64,000 nt of DNA. Origin: Nitrosopumilus sp. (GTDB taxonomy: Archaea > Thermoproteota > Nitrososphaeria > Nitrososphaerales > Nitrosopumilaceae). Below are positions 9,801 to 19,313 of the stretch, piece after piece (positions within the stretch are counted from its first letter, which is position 1; every line of letters begins with the position of its first letter). A program made the translations under genes and the position numbers. A model generated the notes under the pieces. That model was not told where the DNA came from, ran no database searches, and was given only the letters and a program-made list of their open reading frames with translations. Location of the stretch: the NCBI GenBank assembly GCA_965219345.1, contig OZ244732.1:1600001-1664000 (forward strand), read 5' to 3'.

Positions 9801-10010
9801 TCAGTTATGAACACATGATAACCACCCCCTGCGCAGTAGTTGTGATGGATCGACCCCTTATTTCGTCTGGGCTTCGCGCCCTCAGTTATGAATGGGGCAA
9901 TCCGAGCTGCTGTGTAATTGAGCTTCGCGCCATGATGGGTGCTTGCAGCTTCCGATCCGTCAACACATCCAAAAGGAGGTGATAGGATAGGATGAACAGC
10001 ATAGGAATAG
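9801..10010 (+). mobile_element. IS110 non-coding end, copy 2, with first 6 codons (MNSIGI)
   Basis: Inverted match to 5997-6305; SD and ATG at 9992; cut at 10010 by an IS6-type end. Confidence 0.85.
9841..9967 (+). ncRNA. candidate IS110 bridge RNA, copy 2 (transcribed strand uncertain)
   Basis: GATGGATCG/CGATCCGTC outer stem; CCCC/GGGG and AGCTGC/GCAGCT stems close two internal loops, both capped by TTCGC hairpins. Confidence 0.6.
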
Positions 10011-10512
10011 GGTTCTGTTGGGTTATGGGGATATAGAATGAAATATGAATTTTCTCCTAATTAAAAAATCATACCTACACAGAATCCTTGCTTAAACTTG
10101 CATTCTGAATTATTGTCTTCCATTTGTTTAATCCATCAACCTCAATCATAGAGGCCTGTGCTGGAGTTTGACCCTTCAATGCTCCGTGCTTTTTTGTAAA
10201 ATTATAGTAGACTCTCATGCTATCCGAAATACCAGTATCCATCTTTTTGAGACCTCTGAATACCTTTTCCCTGTCCCTGATTTCACCGTTTAATCTTTCC
10301 ATCTTGTTGTTGTTCATGTCACCTTGCAGATGAATATGCCTAATGTGGTTGGTATCACTGCCAAAGATTTTCCTGCTTGACTTCATGTAAGCTTGCAAAC
10401 CATCTGTTATGAAATTGCGTGGATTCTTGCCAGCTTGTAATTTTGTTAATCTCAATAGGCTGTCTGCATTATGATGAAATTTGTTATCTGCAATCTCTTT
10501 TTTATCTCCCAA
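10011..10512 (-). mobile_element. IS6-family remnant (C-terminal DDE part plus terminal repeat)
   Basis: ITDG, NNKMERLNGEIRDR..VFRGLK and YYNF motifs; GGTTCTGTTG at 10011 resembles IS257/IS6 TIR starts. Confidence 0.82.
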
Positions 10513-10558
10513 TTCAACTATTTTTTTTCGCCTACTAATTTTTGAAGATGAGATGTGA

Positions 10559-11103
10559 TCACATCATCAGTAAATCCAAGAATGTCTGTAATTTTACTTA
10601 AACTAATCTGATTTCCAGCTTTCAAAATAAAATTAATACGGTCTATTACTTTTTCTGCTGCTTTTGATTCAGCTTCTTTCAGCATCTTAACTTGTTCTGA
10701 TTCTTTTGAAAAGAAAGTTGCTCTTTTTCAATTGTATCAATAATACTTTTTAGATCATCAAATCGTATTGACTTGTCAAGATAGCGGCATACTCCGTACG
10801 AATAAGTTCTTTTATTCCTGCATCTTCCTTCTCGGTAGCAGTTTCCAAAATTACTCGCACATCTGGTTGAATTTCAATCATCTGTGTCAAAACTGAACGT
10901 GCATCCATGTCGGGTAATATAAAATCAAGTAATACAAATGGTTGTTTATTGTTAGTAATTAGTTCATTGAATGTATGAACCGCACCAGAACCTGTCTCAC
11001 AAATATGATTATCAGTATATCCTAATTTTTCCAAATAATTTTTTAAAAGAATACCAACAGCAGGGTTATCCTCTACAATCAGAACACTCTCTTTTGAGCT
11101 CAT
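10559..11103 (-). pseudogene. response-regulator receiver protein, frameshifted
   Basis: IVEDN and LLDFILPDMD; the receiver C-terminus (YGVCRYLDKSIRFDDLKSII) continues in another frame from about 10798. Confidence 0.75.
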
Positions 11104-11642
11104 TTTTGACTTTCCAGCATAATGTTGAGTGAAAATTATTTATGAAATAAAGAGTGTTTTGTTTAGCTTATGACATGAATTTTTACACCATTTTGATAGA
11201 ATAGTACATCATCCCAAGTCTGGAAATTTTTTGATGAATATACCTGAATTTCAGGATAATTATTGAAAGATTCTTTGTATAATATATTAAGAAATTATGA
11301 CAATAAAGGTATAACATATGATAAGATTCTAATTAATTATTAATTTATCATTTAAAAAAACCAGATGCAGAAAAAATAATTACGTAATTGAAAAGAATAC
11401 TCTAAAAAACTTGTAGAAGTAAAAATTTAAACTCGACAAGCATCAGAAAAAGGTAAATAATTTTTAAATCAAGCTTTTAGTTTCTAAAAATTCTAAATAA
11501 GAAATGTTAATCGTTAAAATAAACATAGGGACCAAATCCAATGTCACCAAAAATTTTACAAATACATGAATACGTTGAATAGAAAATTCTAGTAATCAAT
11601 ACAGCACAAAGGACTAAATGTGTCAAAAAAATTCAATATTTA

Positions 11643-12347
11643 TTGATACATGGTCCCTCTCTTGCAATAGGTGCTGCAGTTGCATCAGCAGTATTAGTTA
11701 TAGTGTTTTTTGGGTTTGGTACAATTTCAAATGAATCTGAACTTGTTTTAGAACCAACCACTTCAATTCAAGAATTAGGACCACCAAAGATTTCTATGAC
11801 AACATTTTTGGCAAATGCTTCACCAATGCTTGGAAATCCTAATGCTCCCGTTCTACTTGTTGAATTTGGTGATTACCAATGTCATTTTTGCAATGTTTTC
11901 TTTCATTCAACTGAAGATGATATTTTGAAAAATTATGTGGAGACAGGAAAAGTTAGAATGATCTTTAAAGATTACAATATAATTGGTCCTGATTCTATTA
12001 CCGCATCACATGGAGCACATTGTGCAAATGATCAAGAATTGTTTTGGGAATATCACGATATTTTGTATTCAAACTGGACAGGGGAAAATAATGGATGGGC
12101 ATCACCTGAAAATCTTGCAAAGTTTGCCCAAGAAATTGGCTTGGATATGGATGAATGGTCTGAATGCATGGCAGATATGCCGCACTCTCAAATGATTCTG
12201 GGAAGCAACAGAGATGCAAGAACGCTTGAATTGACAGGCACTCCAGCATTTTTTGTCATTGGGCCTGATGAAGACATTACACCAATTTTTGGGGCACAGC
12301 CATATCTGGTGTTTGAGAATATTTTTGAAACAGAACTAAAAAAATAA
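11643..12347 (+). CDS. DsbA-family thioredoxin-fold protein
   Basis: N-terminal TM, EFGDYQCHFC, GTPAF, GAQP. Confidence 0.9.
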   Translation: MIHGPSLAIGAAVASAVLVIVFFGFGTISNESELVLEPTTSIQELGPPKISMTTFLANASPMLGNPNAPVLLVEFGDYQCHFCNVFFHSTEDDILKNYVETGKVRMIFKDYNIIGPDSITASHGAHCANDQELFWEYHDILYSNWTGENNGWASPENLAKFAQEIGLDMDEWSECMADMPHSQMILGSNRDARTLELTGTPAFFVIGPDEDITPIFGAQPYLVFENIFETELKK

Positions 12348-12454
12348 TTAGCGATCAAATAGCAAGTTAAGAACAAAAAAGATACCAAAACTTCCTTCCT
12401 AGCTAGTTAGAATTTACTGGATATCCTTATTAATGAACCATCGAACCGAAGCTT

Positions 12455-13849
12455 ATGACAGCTGGAATTGACGATATTGCAATATACATCCCTAGATTGT
12501 ATATTGATGCAGCTGATTTTGCAGAAGCTAGAGGTTTAGACCCGGTAAAATTACAAAAAGGTCTAGGAGTTTCTCAAATGGCAATTGTTGATGCCAATCA
12601 AGACCCAGCATGTCTTGCAGCAAATGCATGTTTAAAAATTATGCAAAGAAACAAACTTTCCCCAGAAGATATTGGAAGATTATACGTTTCAACCGAATCA
12701 GCATTTGATGAATCAAAGGCAATGAACTCTTATGTTATTGGAATGCTAGAACAGGTTTATGGTCAAGGCGCATTTGAGCACTGTGGTGGCATTGAGACAA
12801 AATTTGCTTGTGTTAGTGGTTCGTATGCCCTTTATGACAATACAAACTGGATTAGAGCTGGAGAAGCAGAAGAAAAAGCTGCACTTGTAGTAGTATCTGA
12901 CATTGCAAAATACGATATGGGCTCTAGTGGTGAGATGACACAAGGAGCAGGAGCAGTGGTAATGCTTCTAAATGACAAACCAAGATTATTGGAATTTGAT
13001 CCTAAAGTTACGTCCACCTCAATTAAAGATGAATATGACTTTTACAGACCTTTTGGAAAAGAGACACCCATTGTCCATGGTCAATATTCTAATTTACTTT
13101 ACATGATTCAGGTAAGAAAAGCACTAGATGCTTACAAGAAAAAAGTGATTTCAACTGGATTAATCAACATAGAGCCTGGCGAAACAATTTTAGATCATAT
13201 GGATTACATCAATATGCATTTGCCATATAGTAACATGGGAAAGAAGGCCTTAGCATATATGGTCAGACATGAATGGCGTCAACTTTCACGATGGAAGAGA
13301 ATTTTACAGGAAATAGGAATGGATGAACCAGTACCAAAAGATCCACGTGGAACAATTGAATCGGTATTGGGAGATGCTGAATTTATGGCAAAAGACCATG
13401 AATTTACCAAACTATTTTCAAAAACTCCAGAATTTCAGGAAGTATACGAATCGAAACTTGCAAGCTCACTTATTGCATCCAGTATGATTGGGAATCTGTA
13501 CACTGCATCACTGTACTTGGGATTTAGAAGTAGTTTAGAATTTGAATATCAAAAAGGAATTAATTTGGAAGGAAAAAGAGTTGGGTTTGGATCATATGGT
13601 AGTGGAGCTAGTGCAATGGTATTCAGTGGAATCATTCAACCAGAATATGAACAAGTTGTAAAGAACATGAACTTGGAAGCAGAAATCGGTGAAAGAAAAA
13701 GACTAACGTGGGATGAATACGAAAAACTACACGAAAATAAACTATCTGTTGATGAATCAATGGTTCATACAAAGAAAGAATTTGTCTTAGTGGATGTGAA
13801 GACTGAAACTGCATCTAGAGGCGAAAGACGTTACGTCTTTAACGAATAA
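12455..13849 (+). CDS. hydroxymethylglutaryl-CoA synthase
   Basis: GIDDIAIYIP, TES..DESK, KFACVSG, SDIAKY, GAGAV, HLPY, GNLYTAS, SYGSG. Confidence 0.93.
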   Translation: MTAGIDDIAIYIPRLYIDAADFAEARGLDPVKLQKGLGVSQMAIVDANQDPACLAANACLKIMQRNKLSPEDIGRLYVSTESAFDESKAMNSYVIGMLEQVYGQGAFEHCGGIETKFACVSGSYALYDNTNWIRAGEAEEKAALVVVSDIAKYDMGSSGEMTQGAGAVVMLLNDKPRLLEFDPKVTSTSIKDEYDFYRPFGKETPIVHGQYSNLLYMIQVRKALDAYKKKVISTGLINIEPGETILDHMDYINMHLPYSNMGKKALAYMVRHEWRQLSRWKRILQEIGMDEPVPKDPRGTIESVLGDAEFMAKDHEFTKLFSKTPEFQEVYESKLASSLIASSMIGNLYTASLYLGFRSSLEFEYQKGINLEGKRVGFGSYGSGASAMVFSGIIQPEYEQVVKNMNLEAEIGERKRLTWDEYEKLHENKLSVDESMVHTKKEFVLVDVKTETASRGERRYVFNE

Positions 13850-14087
13850 ACTAGTAAAATAGAAACAGTCCCAGAGTCATCAAAAACAATCCAGTTATTG
13901 CTAACACCCTAATTAACACAGAATTCATTTTTCTTCAGGATCATTTGCCTTGTCTCGAACCTTTTTGAGAATACAAAATTTACTTAGACTTTTGAGAAAT
14001 CCCATATACTTTATTCAGCATTCTATTATTTTAGGAATTTCCTGCATTAAATTTGAATATAGGTAGAACTTCTAACATGGTAGAATA

Positions 14088-14639
14088 ATGCAGGAAGAGC
14101 CTAATCCAATCAAGGATTATCTGTTTGATTACCTATCAAAATCAGACGAGAAAATTCAAAAATTAATCTCAGATGAGAAATTTTCAGAAATAATTGATGG
14201 TGTAATTACAAATTGTTATGATAAAATCATTACACTTGGAAAAAGAGACGAAAGTCTAGGGGTTTTAGCAACAGGACTACTCCATTTTCTTCTTACCAAT
14301 GCGTTATTGAATAGTCAAAGGAAGATAATGTATAATGGAACAGAAATAGACATTGTTATTCCAGATTTGAAAACATTAGAAAAAGATCCTAAACAAACTT
14401 TGTTGATATGTATTCCAAAAACAGGTAACAAAAAAGAAATTGAGCAGAAATTAACAGAATTATATAAAATACAACCAGAAAAACAGAATGTCTGGCTAGT
14501 TTTATCACAAAAACTTGATTTTGAAAACAGATCATATATCATAAATAAAGAAGATCAAACGTTTTCAAAGATTATCTTTGATATTGGACAATTTGTCAAT
14601 ATACAAGGAAAAAATAAATTCAAAATTTTACGAATATAA
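14088..14639 (+). CDS. hypothetical protein
   Basis: 183-aa ORF, core-like composition. Confidence 0.7.
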   Translation: MQEEPNPIKDYLFDYLSKSDEKIQKLISDEKFSEIIDGVITNCYDKIITLGKRDESLGVLATGLLHFLLTNALLNSQRKIMYNGTEIDIVIPDLKTLEKDPKQTLLICIPKTGNKKEIEQKLTELYKIQPEKQNVWLVLSQKLDFENRSYIINKEDQTFSKIIFDIGQFVNIQGKNKFKILRI

Positions 14640-14663
14640 GAAAGGTATCATTCAAGTATTATT

Positions 14664-14891
14664 GTGAGACCCATCGGAATAATTATTGTAGCTGTAAGTC
14701 TTGGAGCTATAGTTGCAATCTTAGGTGGAAATTATTCTGATCAAAATGAAACAAAACCTTGGGTTGGGTTGAATTGTGACAAAATGTTAGACTTTAGCGC
14801 TTCAGATCAGCATCAAGATCTGACTATGGATCAACACATGAAATTTCATGAGTATTATGTTAACCATTGCTCAGACACTGAAATACCTTGA
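14664..14891 (+). CDS. small exported hypothetical protein
   Basis: N-terminal hydrophobic segment, two Cys. Confidence 0.55.
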   Translation: MRPIGIIIVAVSLGAIVAILGGNYSDQNETKPWVGLNCDKMLDFSASDQHQDLTMDQHMKFHEYYVNHCSDTEIP

Positions 14892-14893
14892 TT

Positions 14894-15139
14894 CTAAGAT
14901 TCACAAACCACTTCACTAGTGTTTCCGCCATCATAGTCCTATCATGGCATCAACATCACATTCAGATGCATATGGGAAATTTGTTTCAATTATAGGATAC
15001 ATTAAATCTTCAGGATCAGAGGAGTGTGCTAAGCCTAAAGCATGGCCTAATTCATGCCTTACAACTGTCTCAAGTGCAGCCAAAGATATGTTATTTACAT
15101 CAAATATAGTAACTCTGGACTTGAGAATTCTTCCCTTTT
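14894..15139 (-). pseudogene. matrixin-like zinc metalloprotease, C-terminal fragment
   Basis: Hand translation VVRHELGHALGLAHSSDPEDLMYP (HExxHxxGxxH plus Met-turn); 5' part missing, frameshift near the end. Confidence 0.8.
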
Positions 15140-15398
15140 AGTTTCTAATTCTTTTTCTGCAGCTTTAAGATTTTAAGATTGTTCTTTTAGTTTTTTCTCA
15201 ATTTCTTTAAGTTCTTTTTCAGATTTGGTCATTATCCAATTTGAGGTATGGGTTCTATCTAAGAGCTTTCAGTCAACTGATATAATCTAGGATTGTCTGG
15301 AGTTTGTCGGATTAATCCCTGGGCTACGGCATTATTGAACTCATCAGTTCCAACCTTGTTAAACCAACTAGCTACTTCGCCAATAATCTCATCCCTTC

Positions 15399-15855
15399 TC
15401 AATTTTTTGTATTTTTCCAAGAGAAGAACTACTGCGTTAGTCGCCATTATTATCGTCATTATTACCGTAATAGCTGTCGCCATTATTATCGTTAGAGTGA
15501 TCCAACCAGAAATCCAGATCCTCTACAATGATTCCCACATCATCAGGCATGATCTCTGGTAATTTTATCCTAAAATCACTGAGTTCCATCTGCATAATCA
15601 GGTTATACTTGTAATCAGCAACCTCAACGGTTTCTGCATTACTGCGTTGCCGTGTGATGCGTCTGTTACGGTCCATATATCGTAATATGAATGTCATGAT
15701 GTAGTACCGAATACCTCCCTGTACAGCGTGACATATTTCTTTATGTTGAAGCTCATTGTATCCCTGGTTAACTTTGCTTCTTTGTCATTAATCTCATTCT
15801 TTGTCAATTTTTTGTATTTTTCCAAGAGAAGAACTACTGCGTTAGTCGTCATTAT
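15399..15855. repeat. 52-bp direct repeat pair (15399-15450 and 15804-15855)
   Basis: TCAATTTTTTGTATTTTTCCAAGAGAAGAACTACTGCGTTAGTCGYCATTAT, one mismatch. Confidence 0.9.
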
Positions 15856-16402
15856 CTAGAAAATCCTCCGATGCGTTTGGAAATGACAGTTCTCCCAATG
15901 ATTTGTATTTTTCCTGCATTTCATCTCTGGTTCTAAAGCTCATATAATCCTTAAAAGTGATTCTCATTTTTCCTACAGGAATCTTAGTATTTGACACAAT
16001 TCTTACCTCTGTCTCAGTGGCAAAAGCAGAGTTTTTTGTACTGTGTATATTCTCTTTGACTTCATGATTTTGGGTCCTGGGAAACTGCGTATAGTTTGCA
16101 GTCTTTGAACCTTCCCTTATCTCATCAGCAGGATAAGCTATTTGGACTCCCCCTCCTTGGCCAAAGAATTTGCTTTGATCTTCTACTGTCATGCATTTGT
16201 AATCGGCATCCTTTCCTACTCCAAATTTTGATACTCCAAATGTTGCATTAGGTTTTAGATAACTGTCAAGCTTTTCAGTATCAGTAAATCTATAGAACTC
16301 CTTGGCCTTGTCAGCTTTCTTTTGGAGTGATTGATTAAATGCATGGACCTCTTCTTCTCTCTCCTTCAACTGAAATATTTTCTCCTTTTTTGAGAATTTC
16401 AA
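15842..16402 (-). CDS. hypothetical protein, likely 5'-damaged; possible ADP-ribosyltransferase-like fold
   Basis: 186-aa ORF with FYR ... ATETEV spacing; fold is inference only. Confidence 0.45.
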   Translation of the reverse strand: MKFSKKEKIFQLKEREEEVHAFNQSLQKKADKAKEFYRFTDTEKLDSYLKPNATFGVSKFGVGKDADYKCMTVEDQSKFFGQGGGVQIAYPADEIREGSKTANYTQFPRTQNHEVKENIHSTKNSAFATETEVRIVSNTKIPVGKMRITFKDYMSFRTRDEMQEKYKSLGELSFPNASEDFLDNDD

Positions 16403-16675
16403 CTGCCTCTATTGCATCATGTAATTTTTGCTCAATCTCTGAAAGAGAACATGCTTTATCATTAGAATCATCGTGGCTCATGAATTAATCTCCAGTTTAT
16501 TCATAATATCACATTATTATTTAAAGTAAAAAACCCATAAAGACCGTGGAATTTTCTAGGCTCAATAGGTTCCTAAATGGAATAAACTATCAAAAACCAT
16601 TCATTTTATTTTCAATTAAAATTTGATACAGCCTCGTTTTTTAAAATCAATTTTGGTAGGCATGAAAAATATTAG

Positions 16676-17067
16676 ATGGGATGTACTTTGCTTGATCGTA
16701 TGAAAGTCTGCATTATTGATGATAATACAAGCATTACAGGCATGTTCTCAAAATTGCTAAAAATGGAAGGTCATGAGGTGGTAATTTCAAACGGCGGAAG
16801 AGCAGGCCTTGCATTATTGGATAATGATGTATTTGATGCAACAATTTCAGATATTTTCATGCCAGAATTTTCTGGAATCGATATGGTTGATGCATTAAAT
16901 GAAAGTGGAAGAATGAAAGAACAAAAAATTGTAATTTTTTCTGCATCAACCATCGATGAGAAAACAATCAATGAGTTTAAAGAAAAAGGAGTGGTAGATT
17001 TTCTAAAAAACCAATGGGCCTTTCTGAATTGATTGTAAAATTAGAAGAAATAGTCGAGTCTGATTAA
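16676..17067 (+). pseudogene. response-regulator receiver protein, frameshifted in an A-run
   Basis: IIDDN and SDIFMPEFSG; one extra A in A6 at 17005-17010 restores FLKKPMGLSELIVKLEEIVESD*. Confidence 0.78.
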
Positions 17068-17167
17068 CATTTTTGTGCCAATCTAGTACCAATACAGTTC
17101 CAAAAATATTCTAATCTTATAGGAATTGAACCTAGAATTTAATTTAATTAGAATATTTTTACTAAGA

Positions 17168-17854
17168 TTATTTTAACAGAGTTGCCAAATCTATATTCTT
17201 TTTGAAGATACGATATAGAGAAGCATCACTCATGTTTTTAATGAATGGAATTGAGCCTAAAACCTTGATTCCTGTAAGGTTTTGCAAGTCACGCTTTAGT
17301 TCTTTAACAGGATAACCCTTTTCAAAATTATTAATTATGATTCCTTTAACTGGAATTTTGTATTTTTCACACATCTTTACAGTCATTATAGTATGATTAA
17401 CTGTTCCAACTTTACTTCTTGTTACAATTACCGCAGGGATTTTCATTGCCTTGATCAAATTTGTAATGTAATAGTCTTTCAAAATTGGAGTCATGATTCC
17501 ACCCATTCCCTCAACAAGAATCATGTCATGAAGTTTTGTGAGTTTTTTGAAACTAGATAGTATAGTAGAAACTTTTGGTTTTGTCTTCAAAGTTTTCCAT
17601 GCAGTATATGGAGATGCAGGAATTCTAAAAAATTGAGGATTTACTAATTTTTCAGGATCACATGCCATTGCAGCACGGGACAAAATTACAATATCCTCAG
17701 ATTTGTAGCCTTTTTTCTGAGCTCTTCCAGCTGCAAATGGTTTCATTACACCAACATCAATTCCCATCTTACGAAATGCTATTCCCAGACCTGCAGCGAT
17801 GTAGGTTTTTCCAACATCAGTATCGGTTCCAGCAATGAATAGTGATTTCAACAA
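17168..17854 (-). CDS. bioD: dethiobiotin synthase
   Basis: GTDTDVGKT, MKP, VEGMGG, GTVNHT. Confidence 0.95.
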   Translation of the reverse strand: MLKSLFIAGTDTDVGKTYIAAGLGIAFRKMGIDVGVMKPFAAGRAQKKGYKSEDIVILSRAAMACDPEKLVNPQFFRIPASPYTAWKTLKTKPKVSTILSSFKKLTKLHDMILVEGMGGIMTPILKDYYITNLIKAMKIPAVIVTRSKVGTVNHTIMTVKMCEKYKIPVKGIIINNFEKGYPVKELKRDLQNLTGIKVLGSIPFIKNMSDASLYRIFKKNIDLATLLK

Positions 17855-17924
17855 ATTAGATTCAGAATTTTTACTTGATTAACTCATCGGTTAATTATTA
17901 AGATCTCAGATCTTACAAAATCAG

Positions 17925-19241
17925 TTGAAAAGCTCTGTTTGGCACCCAAACACACAGATGAAAGAATGGAATTCTTTTGATAAGATCACCAAAGGCAAAG
18001 GAATGTGGCTGATTGACTCCAAAGGCAACAAGATGCTTGATGGGGTAGCATCAATGTGGTGTAACGTATGGGGACATTCTAACCCAGAATTAGTTAGAGC
18101 CATTACAGATCAGAGCAAAAAATTGCAGCATTCCTCCATGTTTAATCTCACAAATGAGCCTGCTGAAAGACTTGCAGAAAGTCTAGTAAAATTATCACCA
18201 AAAATGCACAAGGTCTTTTTTTCAGATAATGGATCTACAGCAATGGAGATATCCATCAAACTAGCTTTACAGTACTGGAAAAATATTGGGGAAAAAAAGA
18301 AGACCAAGATTGCTACAGTAGAAAATGGATACCACGGTGATACGTTTGGAGCAATGTCTGTAGGATATGTACCAGAATTTTTTGGTAGATTCAAAGAACA
18401 GTTATTTTCAACAATACAATTTCCAGTTCCAAACAAATACAGAGTCCCAAAAGGATTCACTTTTTCAGATTATCAAAACTATTGCATAGATAACATTGAA
18501 AAGAGGTTTTCCAAAAATAATAACATTGCAGCATTTATCATGGAGAGTGGTGCACAGGTAGCAGGGGGAGTTTTAATTTATCCAAAAGGATTTCAAAATA
18601 AAATTAGTAAATTATGCAAAAAATATGATGTCTTATTTGTTTTAGATGAGATTGCTACAGGTTTTGGAAGACTTGGTTCCATGACACAGTATGAAGAACA
18701 GAAAAGCATTCCAGACATTGTAGCATATGGAAAGATGTTAACTGGCGGATATCTAACAATGGCTGCAACCTTAACAAGCAAGAAAATTTATGATTCGTAT
18801 TTAGGAGAATTCAATGATTGGAAGCATCTATTTCATGGACATACTTACACTGGCAATCCAATTGCAGCAGCTGTTGCAAATGAAAATCTCAAAATGTACA
18901 AAAAGAATAATCTGATCAAAAAGATTCAAAAAACATCAAAGATATTTGAGAAATTCTATCAAGAAATATTAGAGATGGATATTGTAGGGGATATAAGACA
19001 CAAAGGAATGCTGATGGGAATTGAGTTAGTCACTAATAGAAAGAAAAAAACCCCAATTCATCCCAAAAAATCAATAAACAAAATATTCTTCGAAGAAGGT
19101 AAAAAACAAGGGATCTATCTTAGAACTCTTGGAAACACAGTCATGCTTGTTCCACCTTTAGCAATCTCAGAAAAAGAGCTAAATTTACTCCTAAAAAAGA
19201 CAATAAAGACGATAAAGGCTGCAAGATCAAAGGTAATTTGA
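17925..19241 (+). CDS. bioA: adenosylmethionine-8-amino-7-oxononanoate aminotransferase
   Basis: WHP.TQM, GYHGDT, DEIATGFGR, GK.LTGG, HGHTYTGNP. Confidence 0.95.
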   Translation: MKSSVWHPNTQMKEWNSFDKITKGKGMWLIDSKGNKMLDGVASMWCNVWGHSNPELVRAITDQSKKLQHSSMFNLTNEPAERLAESLVKLSPKMHKVFFSDNGSTAMEISIKLALQYWKNIGEKKKTKIATVENGYHGDTFGAMSVGYVPEFFGRFKEQLFSTIQFPVPNKYRVPKGFTFSDYQNYCIDNIEKRFSKNNNIAAFIMESGAQVAGGVLIYPKGFQNKISKLCKKYDVLFVLDEIATGFGRLGSMTQYEEQKSIPDIVAYGKMLTGGYLTMAATLTSKKIYDSYLGEFNDWKHLFHGHTYTGNPIAAAVANENLKMYKKNNLIKKIQKTSKIFEKFYQEILEMDIVGDIRHKGMLMGIELVTNRKKKTPIHPKKSINKIFFEEGKKQGIYLRTLGNTVMLVPPLAISEKELNLLLKKTIKTIKAARSKVI

Positions 19242-19313
19242 CTGTTAACCCCTATAATCTTCAAGGTTAACATTTCCACTAGTATTATTAATGAAACGCT
19301 ATTTGAAATTAAT

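Noticed and set aside
14944-15141. 65-aa + strand ORF
   Set aside because: Antisense to the matrixin pseudogene fragment
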